This document shows positions 16,786 through 24,803 of a stretch of 59,546 bases of DNA, piece by piece. Each line of letters begins with the position of its first letter. Position 1 is the first letter of the stretch. This DNA is from an uncultured Candidatus Saccharibacteria bacterium (GTDB taxonomy: Bacteria > Patescibacteriota > Minisyncoccia > UBA6257 > 1-14-0-10-44-23). The notes below the pieces were generated by a model that searched no databases, had not been told where the DNA came from, and was given only the letters and a program-made list of their open reading frames with translations. The position numbers and the translations under genes are program-made. The stretch lies in NCBI GenBank assembly GCA_964641225.1, contig CAZXKC010000006.1:1-59546 (forward strand), written 5' to 3'.

Positions 16786-18321
16786 ATGCCTAAAACCAAG
16801 CCAGAAGCACGCACGCCGTTTCATGGACGTATCGGAAAACTCATTGAAGCATTCCGAGAGCGCGCCGGATTAACGCAACAAGAGCTCGCAAAAATTGCCG
16901 GCACAAGTCAGAGCGCAATTGCGCGCATGGAGGACGGCGAACAAAATTTTACCGTTGAGATGCTTGAAAAAATTTCTGCAGCACTCAAGCGCGACATTGT
17001 TACGCTTTCGAAGGGGAGTATTGATTTTGAAATCGAAGGCGGACATCCACTCTCTGGCTCAGTCGTTACGAAGACGAGCAAAAATGCCGCCGTTGGGTTG
17101 CTCTGTGCGGCGCTTCTCAACCAAAATGTGACGACGCTTAAGAATATGCCGAAGATCGAGGAGGTGAAGCGTTTGATTGAGGTGCTCGAAAGCATCGGGG
17201 TTGAGATTCACTGGGTGGGCGATGATTTGCAGATCAATCCTCCGAAGAAACTGAATATGGCCGGACTCAATATTGCCTCGGCGATCAAGACGCGCAGCAT
17301 CATCATGTTTATCGGTCCGCTGATTCATCAGTTGAAGCAATTTTCGTTGCCCCAGGTTGGTGGGTGTAAGCTGGGGAGTCGCACGGTGCGCCCGCATTTT
17401 TATGCGCTCGAAAAATTAGGAGTTTCAATCGAGGCGCATCACGACAACTACGCCGTTAGTTATAAAGAGCTCGCGCCAAACTATATTGTGCTCTACGAGT
17501 CAGGTGATACGGTTACTGAAAATGTGCTGATGGCCGCTGCGCTGATTCCTGGCAAAACAACGATCAAATTTGCCTCGGCAAATTATCAGGTCCAGGACAT
17601 GTGTCACTTTTTGCAGGAGCTCGGAGTGAAGATCGAGGGGATTGGAACGACGACGCTGGTTGTACACGGCGTGAAGTCGATTAATAAACCGATTACGTAT
17701 GCCCCGAGCGAGGATCCGATTGAGTCGATGTTTTTCATCGCCGCCGCCGCAACTACCAATTCTTCAATTGAAATAAAGCGCTGCCCAATTGATTTTTTGG
17801 AGATCGAGCTTTTGAAGTTAGAAAAAATGGGGTGGAAGTTTACGCTTTCAAAGCCGTATAAAGCCGCCAATGGGTTTGCAAATCTGGTTGATATCACGAC
17901 GCATCCGAGCACGCTTGTTGCGCTTGAAGAAAAAATTGATTCGCGACCGTATCCGGGTATGAATATCGACAACCTGCCATTTTTTGCAGTGATCGCAACG
18001 CAGGCGCAGGGTCGCACACTGATTCACGACTGGGTCTACGAAAAAAGAGCTATCTATTATACAGAGCTTGATAAGCTGGGGGCGAACACGGTTCTAGCCG
18101 ATCCGCACCGCGTATTTATTCAGGGTCCTACGCCGCTTCGGGCAAACCAGGTTGTGTGTCCGCCCGCACTGCGCCCGGCAACGATTATTTTGATCGGTAT
18201 GCTTGCCGCAAAGGGGACCTCGATTTTGCGTAACGTGTATTCAATCAATCGTGGATACGAAGATCTCGCAAGCCGATTGAATAAGTTGGGGGCGAAGATA
18301 AAAATACTCAGAGAAGAGTAA
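16786..18321 (+). CDS. murA: XRE-family HTH domain fused to UDP-N-acetylglucosamine 1-carboxyvinyltransferase
   Basis: aa 1-75 form an HTH (LTQQELAKIAGTSQSAIARMEDG). The remainder is MurA-like (KTSKNAAVGLLCAALL, active-site loop VGGCKLGSRTVRPH). Confidence 0.85.
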   Translation: MPKTKPEARTPFHGRIGKLIEAFRERAGLTQQELAKIAGTSQSAIARMEDGEQNFTVEMLEKISAALKRDIVTLSKGSIDFEIEGGHPLSGSVVTKTSKNAAVGLLCAALLNQNVTTLKNMPKIEEVKRLIEVLESIGVEIHWVGDDLQINPPKKLNMAGLNIASAIKTRSIIMFIGPLIHQLKQFSLPQVGGCKLGSRTVRPHFYALEKLGVSIEAHHDNYAVSYKELAPNYIVLYESGDTVTENVLMAAALIPGKTTIKFASANYQVQDMCHFLQELGVKIEGIGTTTLVVHGVKSINKPITYAPSEDPIESMFFIAAAATTNSSIEIKRCPIDFLEIELLKLEKMGWKFTLSKPYKAANGFANLVDITTHPSTLVALEEKIDSRPYPGMNIDNLPFFAVIATQAQGRTLIHDWVYEKRAIYYTELDKLGANTVLADPHRVFIQGPTPLRANQVVCPPALRPATIILIGMLAAKGTSILRNVYSINRGYEDLASRLNKLGAKIKILREE

Positions 18322-18446
18322 CGCTCGGCATGTGTTTCCGAGGCACGACATACTTTTCTACTGAAAAGTTGTCTCCCTCTCGCGCCGTCGCGCTGCGATA
18401 GTCCTCGGAGAACGCATGCCTCGCGTTATAACCAGAGGAAATAAGG

Positions 18447-18477
18447 AAACAGCAGCCGCGTGGTGCTGTTTTCGTTT
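18447..18477 (+). terminator. Rho-independent terminator after murA
   Basis: AAACAGCA / TGCTGTTT stem followed by TCGTTT. Confidence 0.5.
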
Positions 18478-18632
18478 AGATTTGACGGATTTCGATAAAA
18501 AATGTAGGGTACGAGGAGGTCTTTCACAATGCGAGCCGGACGGAATGCTCGGAGTGTTTCCGAGATGGCCGATCCCGTTGCGCTTCCCGCCCCCGTACGT
18601 GTACGGGACAAGCCGGAAAGGTTAGGTGTGCG

Positions 18633-19544
18633 ATGTCGGATTCGTTCAGGCTGTGCGAGGTTCAGGCCGAGATGATCCAGGACGCAATCAAACGTCGTCA
18701 AGGACTGGTCGTCGGCTGGCGGTTCTGGTTTATCTTGCTGGGAACCATTTGTCTGATCTGGAACCCAGCCTCGGTGCTCTTCGGGGATGCTTTTCCGTAT
18801 CGTGCCGGACAGTTCATCACAATCTGGACGGTCGGAGCCTGCGGGCTTGCAAGCTGGCTCTTCATGTTCGATCGCGGGAAGGTAGCCTACATCCACCAGT
18901 GCCGCGAGGGCATCCTGAAGGTTGTGGTGCTTTCTGAAAGCGCGATGTTCTCCTGTGACTTCTGCGCATTGCCAGAACGCGTTGTTCTGAAACTGCCCCT
19001 CACCGGGTGGCGCAAGGACTGCGGCGAACTGACCGGAGTTACGGGCAGATTCCGTTATCACAAGCTCGAGATGGCCGAGCCGGGCGAGGGGCCGCGCGGG
19101 TTCGATCTCTTCGTCTATGCGCAGGGCGCTGCGGGCGAGGCTACCTCAATTGCGTTGGACGAGCTCCTCTCGTTCTGGCTCCCGAAGTACGCCTCCTGTC
19201 TTGGCAAAGACGTCCGGTTCAGCGCAATGATGCGGCGGCTCGCCGATGAGGGCGACAAGTTGCGGGATGCGTTGAAAGAGGAGCACGGGCAGTGGGCGGC
19301 GGCGCGGGAAGAGCTTCTTAGCAAGCTGCGTGCCGCCAACGAAACACTCCTTTGTGCGGCCGAATCATTGGCAAACAAAGCGTTGTATGGGCGTTCGGAT
19401 CCGGCAAGGAGTTTGAGGGTGGCCATTCTCGCGACTTTGGTCGAGTCGCTGCCCGAAGACGATTCTCGCCGAAGGACAATCGGAAAGCAGCTCGAGGACG
19501 TCAAGAAGAGGCCAGAGAAGCCCTCTGTGCGTACAAGGTCCTAA
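18633..19544 (+). CDS. Hypothetical membrane protein (GC-rich cassette D)
   Basis: 303 aa. Two or three N-terminal TM helices followed by soluble and coiled-coil regions. No family recognised. Confidence 0.6.
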   Translation: MSDSFRLCEVQAEMIQDAIKRRQGLVVGWRFWFILLGTICLIWNPASVLFGDAFPYRAGQFITIWTVGACGLASWLFMFDRGKVAYIHQCREGILKVVVLSESAMFSCDFCALPERVVLKLPLTGWRKDCGELTGVTGRFRYHKLEMAEPGEGPRGFDLFVYAQGAAGEATSIALDELLSFWLPKYASCLGKDVRFSAMMRRLADEGDKLRDALKEEHGQWAAAREELLSKLRAANETLLCAAESLANKALYGRSDPARSLRVAILATLVESLPEDDSRRRTIGKQLEDVKKRPEKPSVRTRS

Positions 19545-19584
19545 GTCGAAGGGGGAGAAAGACTTCGGCAAACATGTTTTTCAC

Positions 19585-19631
19585 GGCGCGTCCAGCACTG
19601 CTCGCAGAGCTGGACGCGCCGTTTCACTTTT
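19585..19631 (+). terminator. Rho-independent terminator
   Basis: Perfect 12-bp stem GGCGCGTCCAGC / GCTGGACGCGCC followed by GTTTCACTTTT. Confidence 0.7.
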
Positions 19632-19679
19632 ATATACGTTATACTAAAGAAGACTGAGGGCCTAACCAGGAGGTGTGCC

Positions 19680-19934
19680 ATGGCCAAGGGTCGTCTGCAC
19701 CGGCTGATGCAGGTGCTTCCTGCCGGCTTGTCCGGCTACGTACTGGTTCCTTTCGAGGAATACCAGGAACGTTCGGATCGTCTGCCGCTGAGCGTCGAGC
19801 TCTACGGTGACGATTGGGATCTGGAAGAGACTCCGGAGCCGTCCGTTCGGACGGGTGCGCGTCGTCAGGGCTGTCGTTCCAAGCGACGGCCCTTAGCTTT
19901 TTGTAAGAAAATGGATCCCTCGAAATACTCGTGA
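19680..19934 (+). CDS. Hypothetical protein (GC-rich cassette D)
   Basis: 84 aa. AGGAGGTG lies 5 nt before the ATG. Confidence 0.5.
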   Translation: MAKGRLHRLMQVLPAGLSGYVLVPFEEYQERSDRLPLSVELYGDDWDLEETPEPSVRTGARRQGCRSKRRPLAFCKKMDPSKYS

Positions 19935-19938
19935 CGAC

Positions 19939-21000
19939 ATGAGTACATGTCGATTTGTATCTTCAAAATTTTCTTGCTACCATACCTCCACTATGTTTAT
20001 TCGCCGGATTGGAATTGATTTGGGAACTGCCAACACGATTGTGTTCGTGCCAGGCAAGGGATTTGTTGTAAATGAACCAACTATTGTTGCGCTCGGGCAA
20101 CCGGATAATCGTGTGCTTGCTGTAGGGCAGGAGGCAAAGAACATGATCGGGCGGACGCCGCAGGATATTGTTGCGTATAAGCCACTCAAGGACGGCGTGA
20201 TTGCCGACTACTATATAACGAAGGCGATGCTCAAGTATTTTATTGCCAAAGCAATTGGGCAGTGGAACATTATCAAGCCTGATGTAGTTATTTCTGTGCC
20301 TGCCGGAATTACGCAAAATGAGCGACGTGCAGTAACGAACGCAACGCGTGAGGCTGGTGCGAAAGAAGTTTATATTGTACGTGAGCCAATTTTAGCTGCA
20401 CTCGGTGCGGAAATTCCAATTAACTCCCACTCGGGCAACATGATTATTAACGTTGGCGGCGGAACCAGTGAGGTGGCGGTTGTTTCGCTCGGATCAATTG
20501 TTAGTTGGGCGTCAGTAAGAATCGCCGGCAATAAGTTTGATGCGGCAATCATGGAATTTATCAAAAAGAAATTTTCAGTGTATATCGGCGAGCAGACGGC
20601 TGAGCAGGTGAAGATGGAGGTAGGCAGTGCGCTACCGATGAAGGACAAGCTTTCTATCAAAGTGCGCGGACGCGACGTGTCGTCTGGTTTGCCAAAAGAT
20701 ATTACGGTCAACAGTAACGAAATTGCCGAGGCGTTGAATCCGCTTTTGATTGATGTGGCCCAAAACGTGCAGACGGTGTTTAATTCAACGCCGCCGGAGC
20801 TCGTTGCCGATATTATGGAAAAGGGAATTATGATTTCCGGCGGCGGCGCACTTTTGCGTAATATTGATGAATTTTTCAAGCGTATGACCGGCGTGTCGTG
20901 CTACGTTGCTGAGGAGCCGCTGTTTTGTGTTGCGAAAGGATCAGGTTTGATCTTGGACCACCTTGAGGTGTATAAACGGACGCTGCTTAATAAGCGTTAG
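19939..21000 (+). CDS. mreB: Rod shape-determining protein MreB (paralog 1)
   Basis: Actin-fold motifs IGIDLGTANT and GGGTSEVAV. The likelier start is the ATG at 19993 (MFIRRIGIDLG). Confidence 0.9.
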   Translation: MSTCRFVSSKFSCYHTSTMFIRRIGIDLGTANTIVFVPGKGFVVNEPTIVALGQPDNRVLAVGQEAKNMIGRTPQDIVAYKPLKDGVIADYYITKAMLKYFIAKAIGQWNIIKPDVVISVPAGITQNERRAVTNATREAGAKEVYIVREPILAALGAEIPINSHSGNMIINVGGGTSEVAVVSLGSIVSWASVRIAGNKFDAAIMEFIKKKFSVYIGEQTAEQVKMEVGSALPMKDKLSIKVRGRDVSSGLPKDITVNSNEIAEALNPLLIDVAQNVQTVFNSTPPELVADIMEKGIMISGGGALLRNIDEFFKRMTGVSCYVAEEPLFCVAKGSGLILDHLEVYKRTLLNKR

Positions 21001-21034
21001 AGTTGTTTTCTTGTATCTTGTATACTGAGGGCAT

Positions 21035-21559
21035 ATGCCATCACCTGAGAAATTGAATCCGGAGATTCCGGCGTCCCCGCGGAAAACCCTGCGGGACATG
21101 ATTACGTTTGAGGCTGGACTTGATACGGGATATGGGAAGAATGCATATATTAGTTTGCGCGCTGCGGTGAAGGCATTTTTAAGCGGCTATGACCGACTCA
21201 AACTTATTGCTGAAAATCAGCAGGAGCTTATCGCTGAGTTTTCCAAAAAAGTTCCGTACTACGATGAATATATCGCAGATCGAGCGGGCGATCACAAAAG
21301 TAGCGATGAAACCACAGAGATCATCGGTGCAAAGACCAATAAAATCCGCGTAACACTTTTACAGATTCAGATTGATCGTTGTAATGAATTGCGCGAACGA
21401 ATTTTAAAAGTTCTTGAAGGGGGTGTTAAGGCGCTTAAGAAAAGCGAAGATGAATTTGAAAATAATATATTAAAGCTTGATAAAGCGCTTGATGGTCTGC
21501 ATGGCATCGTTAAGGGTGAAATTGGTAGAAGTATTGGACTTGCTCCAGAAAAAAAATAA
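21035..21559 (+). CDS. Hypothetical protein
   Basis: 174-aa ORF with backbone-like composition. TATACT lies 8 nt upstream of the ATG. Confidence 0.5.
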   Translation: MPSPEKLNPEIPASPRKTLRDMITFEAGLDTGYGKNAYISLRAAVKAFLSGYDRLKLIAENQQELIAEFSKKVPYYDEYIADRAGDHKSSDETTEIIGAKTNKIRVTLLQIQIDRCNELRERILKVLEGGVKALKKSEDEFENNILKLDKALDGLHGIVKGEIGRSIGLAPEKK

Positions 21560-21561
21560 GT

Positions 21562-22323
21562 ATGGCTACGATCGCTGCGCTTACAAAAGAATTGCAGCAG
21601 CGCGTGAAGAGCGGCGTGCTTGCGCACGCCTATGTGTTTCACGGGCCAATGGTAGCGGCGCAATTTTCGGTCGCTAAATCGCTCGCCAATTTTTTAGAAA
21701 CAAAACAATGGAGTGAGCCGGAAGGAGTTTTGCTTGATGCAAAATGTATTGACGGTACGCAGCAGAATTTAGGAGTGGATGTCACTCGGGAATTTTCTGA
21801 GTTCTTATATCGACAGCCGGTGGCGAGTGCCAAGCGAACACTGATTGTTAGTAGTGCTGCTGAGTTTACGGATCAGGCGCAGAATGCGATTTTAAAAATT
21901 GTTGAGGAGCCGCCGAGTCACGGCCTTATTATTTTGACGCTGCGCGATGTTAACTCGCTTTTGCCTGCGCTGCGGTCGCGGTTGCAGAAAATATACGTGG
22001 CGCCATCACCAGAGGACCTGCCCGCCATGCACGCAGAGGCGAGGCAGGCGGGGCGCGCACGGGAATTAGTAGAAAAGTTTTTAATGTCTGCAGCCGGAGA
22101 GCGTAGCAAATTAGTGAAAGGATTAGTTGATGAGGATAAGGAGGCGGAAAAAAATGAACAAATTGTTGAGGCGTTTGTACGTGAATTAATTGCTGAGCTT
22201 GCCAAGAAACCGGAACAGCATGTGCATGCGCTTAAGGAGCTATTAAAGCGTCAGACGGCAATGGGTGATTACAGCACCAGTAAAAAATTGCAGCTAGAGG
22301 CGGCGTTGCAGTTTTTGCGGTAG
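21562..22323 (+). CDS. holB: DNA polymerase III delta-prime subunit-like protein
   Basis: AHAYVFHGP and NAILKIVEEPP motifs. Short AAA+ clamp-loader-like fold. Confidence 0.6.
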   Translation: MATIAALTKELQQRVKSGVLAHAYVFHGPMVAAQFSVAKSLANFLETKQWSEPEGVLLDAKCIDGTQQNLGVDVTREFSEFLYRQPVASAKRTLIVSSAAEFTDQAQNAILKIVEEPPSHGLIILTLRDVNSLLPALRSRLQKIYVAPSPEDLPAMHAEARQAGRARELVEKFLMSAAGERSKLVKGLVDEDKEAEKNEQIVEAFVRELIAELAKKPEQHVHALKELLKRQTAMGDYSTSKKLQLEAALQFLR

Positions 22324-22422
22324 CAAAAACTGAGTTGATAGTTTATGGTTTATAGTGAATAGTATTAGAATAAGGATTGCATTTGCACTATAACCTATCA
22401 ACTATAACCGATAACCTTTCCC

Positions 22423-22974
22423 ATGGATTCTATTCTTAAAGATATTGAAAAATCAGTTTCGGGCGCAATTTCGGCAATGAGCGGAGAGCTTGCGGGCGTA
22501 CGTACAAGCAGGCCAAGCCCGGCTTTGGTTGAGGATATTAAGATTGAGTATTTTGGCCAGATGGTGCCTATTAAGCAGCTCGGTAACATCAGCATTATCC
22601 CGCCGCGGGAAATGGCTATTAATTTGTGGGATCCGTCAGGGCTAAACGTAGTTGTGAAGGCGCTTGAAGATGCCAAGCGGGGATTTAGTGTTTCGCCGCG
22701 CGGCAGCGCCGTTGTCGTTACTTTGCCGCCACTATCTCAGGACCGACGCGATGAGCTGATTAAAGTTGCAAAGACGATGGCTGAGCAGACTAAAATCAAG
22801 TTGCGCGGCTTGCGTGATAGCGCCAATAAAAGTTTGGCAGCTGCAAAAATTTCAAAATCTATTACTGAGGATATGGAGTTTAAGGGTAAGAAAAAAGTGC
22901 AGGAGGTAATCGATAAGGCAAATAAAGATATTGAGGCGCAGGTTGAGAAAAAAGTAAAAGAAATTAACGAGTAA
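22423..22974 (+). CDS. frr: Ribosome recycling factor
   Basis: 183 aa. RRF-typical sequence (LAGVRTSRPSPALVEDIKIEYFG ... RRDELIK). Confidence 0.92.
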   Translation: MDSILKDIEKSVSGAISAMSGELAGVRTSRPSPALVEDIKIEYFGQMVPIKQLGNISIIPPREMAINLWDPSGLNVVVKALEDAKRGFSVSPRGSAVVVTLPPLSQDRRDELIKVAKTMAEQTKIKLRGLRDSANKSLAAAKISKSITEDMEFKGKKKVQEVIDKANKDIEAQVEKKVKEINE

Positions 22975-22975
22975 G

Positions 22976-24022
22976 ATGATTACCGGGATTATTTTATTTC
23001 TTGGACTGTCTCTACTCGTATTTATCCACGAGCTTGGGCATTTTATTGCTGCCAAGCAGGCAGGAATTAAGGTAGAAGAGTTTGGCTTTGGTTTTCCGCC
23101 GCGACTGTGGGGATTTAGAAAAGGAGAGACGACATATAGTCTTAATTGGTTGCCCATTGGTGGTTTTGTTCGTATCTACGGAGAGAATAAACATAAGGCC
23201 GAAGAGATTGCGAAAATAACCGGTGAACGCATTGATCACGCGCGGGCATTTTTTAATCAGTCACTGTGGCGACGGTTTGTCGTGATTGCCGCTGGTATTT
23301 CAATTAATTTTATCGCCGGGTGGCTACTGCTCTCTATCGTATATTCCGTCGGAGACAGGCCACGGGTGCAGATAACGCAGGTGCAGCCGGGTAGTCCTGC
23401 GGTTGCGATTGATCTACAGGAGGGTGATGAGCTTATCGCGTATAAAAAAGCCGAAGATTTTGTGCAGTTCACAAAAATGCATCAGGGTGAGCAGGTTACG
23501 TTTGATATTATGCGCGATGCAGAGGTGCTTTCGAAAACAGTAACGTTACGCAGTATTCTAAAGACAGGGGAGCCTGCGCTTGGCGCGGCTGTGTCTGATT
23601 TTGGATTTGAACGACTATCGGTCGGTAGCGCCCTTATTAAAGGACTGACTGATTCGGTGACGATGGTCGCTGAAATTTTTAAGGCATTTGGCAGCCTGAT
23701 TGCTCAGCTTGTTACGGGAGCGAAGCTACCTGATAATATTGTCGGTCCTGTTGGAATCTTTAGCATGGCTGGTGAGTTTGGGAAACTCGGGTTTGTATAT
23801 GTAATTCAAATCATCGCAATGATCTCACTTAACTTGGCGGCGCTGAACGCAATTCCGTTTCCGGCGCTTGATGGCGGACGCATTCTGTTTCTGATTATTG
23901 AAAAGATTAAAGGTTCGCCGATTACGCCGAAACGTGAGATGTGGGCAAATCTGATCAGCTTTGGGCTTTTGATTCTGCTCATGATTGTTATCACGGGGCG
24001 CGATATCGTGAGACTCTTTTAA
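22976..24022 (+). CDS. rseP: RIP site-2 metalloprotease RseP family
   Basis: HELGHF zinc motif in TM1, a central PDZ-like region and the C-terminal NLAALNAIPFPALDGG motif. Confidence 0.85.
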   Translation: MITGIILFLGLSLLVFIHELGHFIAAKQAGIKVEEFGFGFPPRLWGFRKGETTYSLNWLPIGGFVRIYGENKHKAEEIAKITGERIDHARAFFNQSLWRRFVVIAAGISINFIAGWLLLSIVYSVGDRPRVQITQVQPGSPAVAIDLQEGDELIAYKKAEDFVQFTKMHQGEQVTFDIMRDAEVLSKTVTLRSILKTGEPALGAAVSDFGFERLSVGSALIKGLTDSVTMVAEIFKAFGSLIAQLVTGAKLPDNIVGPVGIFSMAGEFGKLGFVYVIQIIAMISLNLAALNAIPFPALDGGRILFLIIEKIKGSPITPKREMWANLISFGLLILLMIVITGRDIVRLF

Positions 24023-24028
24023 CGTCGC

Positions 24029-24055
24029 GAGCCGCTCTCCAGGGGAGAGCGGCTC
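24029..24055 (+). terminator. Perfect 12-bp GC hairpin after rseP with no U-tail
   Basis: GAGCCGCTCTCC-agg-GGAGAGCGGCTC. Confidence 0.4.
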
Positions 24056-24099
24056 TACGCGTATGCCATGACGCATGACCCTGACCTGCTACCAGATCT

Positions 24100-24312
24100 C
24101 TACTGGAGCTGGCCTTGTTTTTGATCGATTCCTTTCTGTGGCGAGCTTGCTCGTACCACGATGGTGACTACTACGATGAAGAAGACGGCTACTGCTCCGA
24201 GTGCGATGAGGAAGATCACTTCTCTCTGAGAGAGAGGGATGGATTGTTCATGGAAGCTGTACACGTGTTTCATCTGACATCTCCCGGGTGAACTACCTAG
24301 TGATTCAAGCAC
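24100..24312 (-). CDS. Small single-TM protein (GC-rich cassette E)
   Basis: The likely start is the ATG at 24273 (MKHVYSF.., 57 aa), with GGGAGA ~7 nt upstream. One clear TM helix. Confidence 0.45.
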   Translation of the reverse strand: MLESLGSSPGRCQMKHVYSFHEQSIPLSQREVIFLIALGAVAVFFIVVVTIVVRASSPQKGIDQKQGQLQ

Positions 24313-24451
24313 TGATTGCGGGCGGGGTCAATTATTAAAACGTTGCGAGCCGCACCTCGAGTTGAAGTGCGGCTCTGTGCTTGCGCCTGCCTCGCTGGAG
24401 CGAGGCAGGGTGGGCCCGTCGGTCTGTCCGATGCGATGAAGCGGATATGTT

Positions 24452-24562
24452 TCATCTCCACGGCATCTTGGCGAGCCAGTAGATCTGAGAAAGCAATGCG
24501 ACCGTGATGAGTGCGCCAAGGGACACGTCATAGACTCCGAGCCGCTTCTCTTTGAAGCTCAT
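24452..24562 (-). CDS. Candidate 36-aa hydrophobic peptide (MSFKEKRLGVYDVSLGALITVALLSQIYWLAKMPWR)
   Basis: Hand-translated; below the ORF-track cutoff. GGAG lies 3 nt upstream of the ATG. One TM-like segment. Confidence 0.25.
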   Translation of the reverse strand: MSFKEKRLGVYDVSLGALITVALLSQIYWLAKMPWR

Positions 24563-24619
24563 GTTCTCCGTCGCATCTCTGCGACGCCCCCGAGCCAGGC
24601 CAATTCCCAGCGTTTCCAG

Positions 24620-24639
24620 TTATATCATATATGATATAA
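24620..24639. repeat. 20-bp perfect palindrome TTATATCATATATGATATAA (recurrent motif copy 2), with TGATATAAT reading into 24640
   Basis: Read directly. Shares the same 16-bp core as the other copies. Confidence 0.9.
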
Positions 24640-24646
24640 TAGTCAA

Positions 24647-24745
24647 CAGGGCAGTAGAAATGCGAGTGCGCGAAGCCCCGGTAGTAGAACAAGTTCACTA
24701 CAGGGCAGGCGCGGGGTTCACATGCTCGCATTTTCACTGCCCGGT
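24647..24745 (+). ncRNA. Candidate ~100-nt long-hairpin RNA starting at the predicted TSS of the palindrome promoter
   Basis: Imperfect inverted repeat (CAGGGCAGTAGAAATGCGAG ... CTCGCATTTTCACTGCCCGG) with inner GTAGTAGAAC-aa-GTTCACTAC. The arms resemble the sequences flanking tRNA-Gly at 33172/33271. Confidence 0.4.
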
Positions 24746-24803
24746 CAATATTCGTATTATCCTAGCTTGTAGGGAGTAGCGTGTAACTGGTAGTATAGAA
24801 GGC

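Noticed and set aside
18426-19061. 211-aa minus-strand ORF in cassette D.
   Set aside because: It overlaps the better-supported plus-strand 303-aa membrane protein and the murA terminator. Long spurious frames are expected in GC-rich sequence.
1810-24060. Integron-like gene cassettes with attC hairpins as an explanation for the GC-rich cassettes.
   Set aside because: There is no integrase, the cassettes are dispersed rather than arrayed, and the hairpins are perfect GC stems without the R''/L''-L'/R' attC organisation. They look like terminators.
16681-24615. Shared ATTCCCAGCG(G)TTT string next to the palindromes at 16682 and 24602.
   Set aside because: Only about 13 nt are shared, and the string is on opposite sides of the palindrome at the two loci. 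I cannot exclude chance without statistics.
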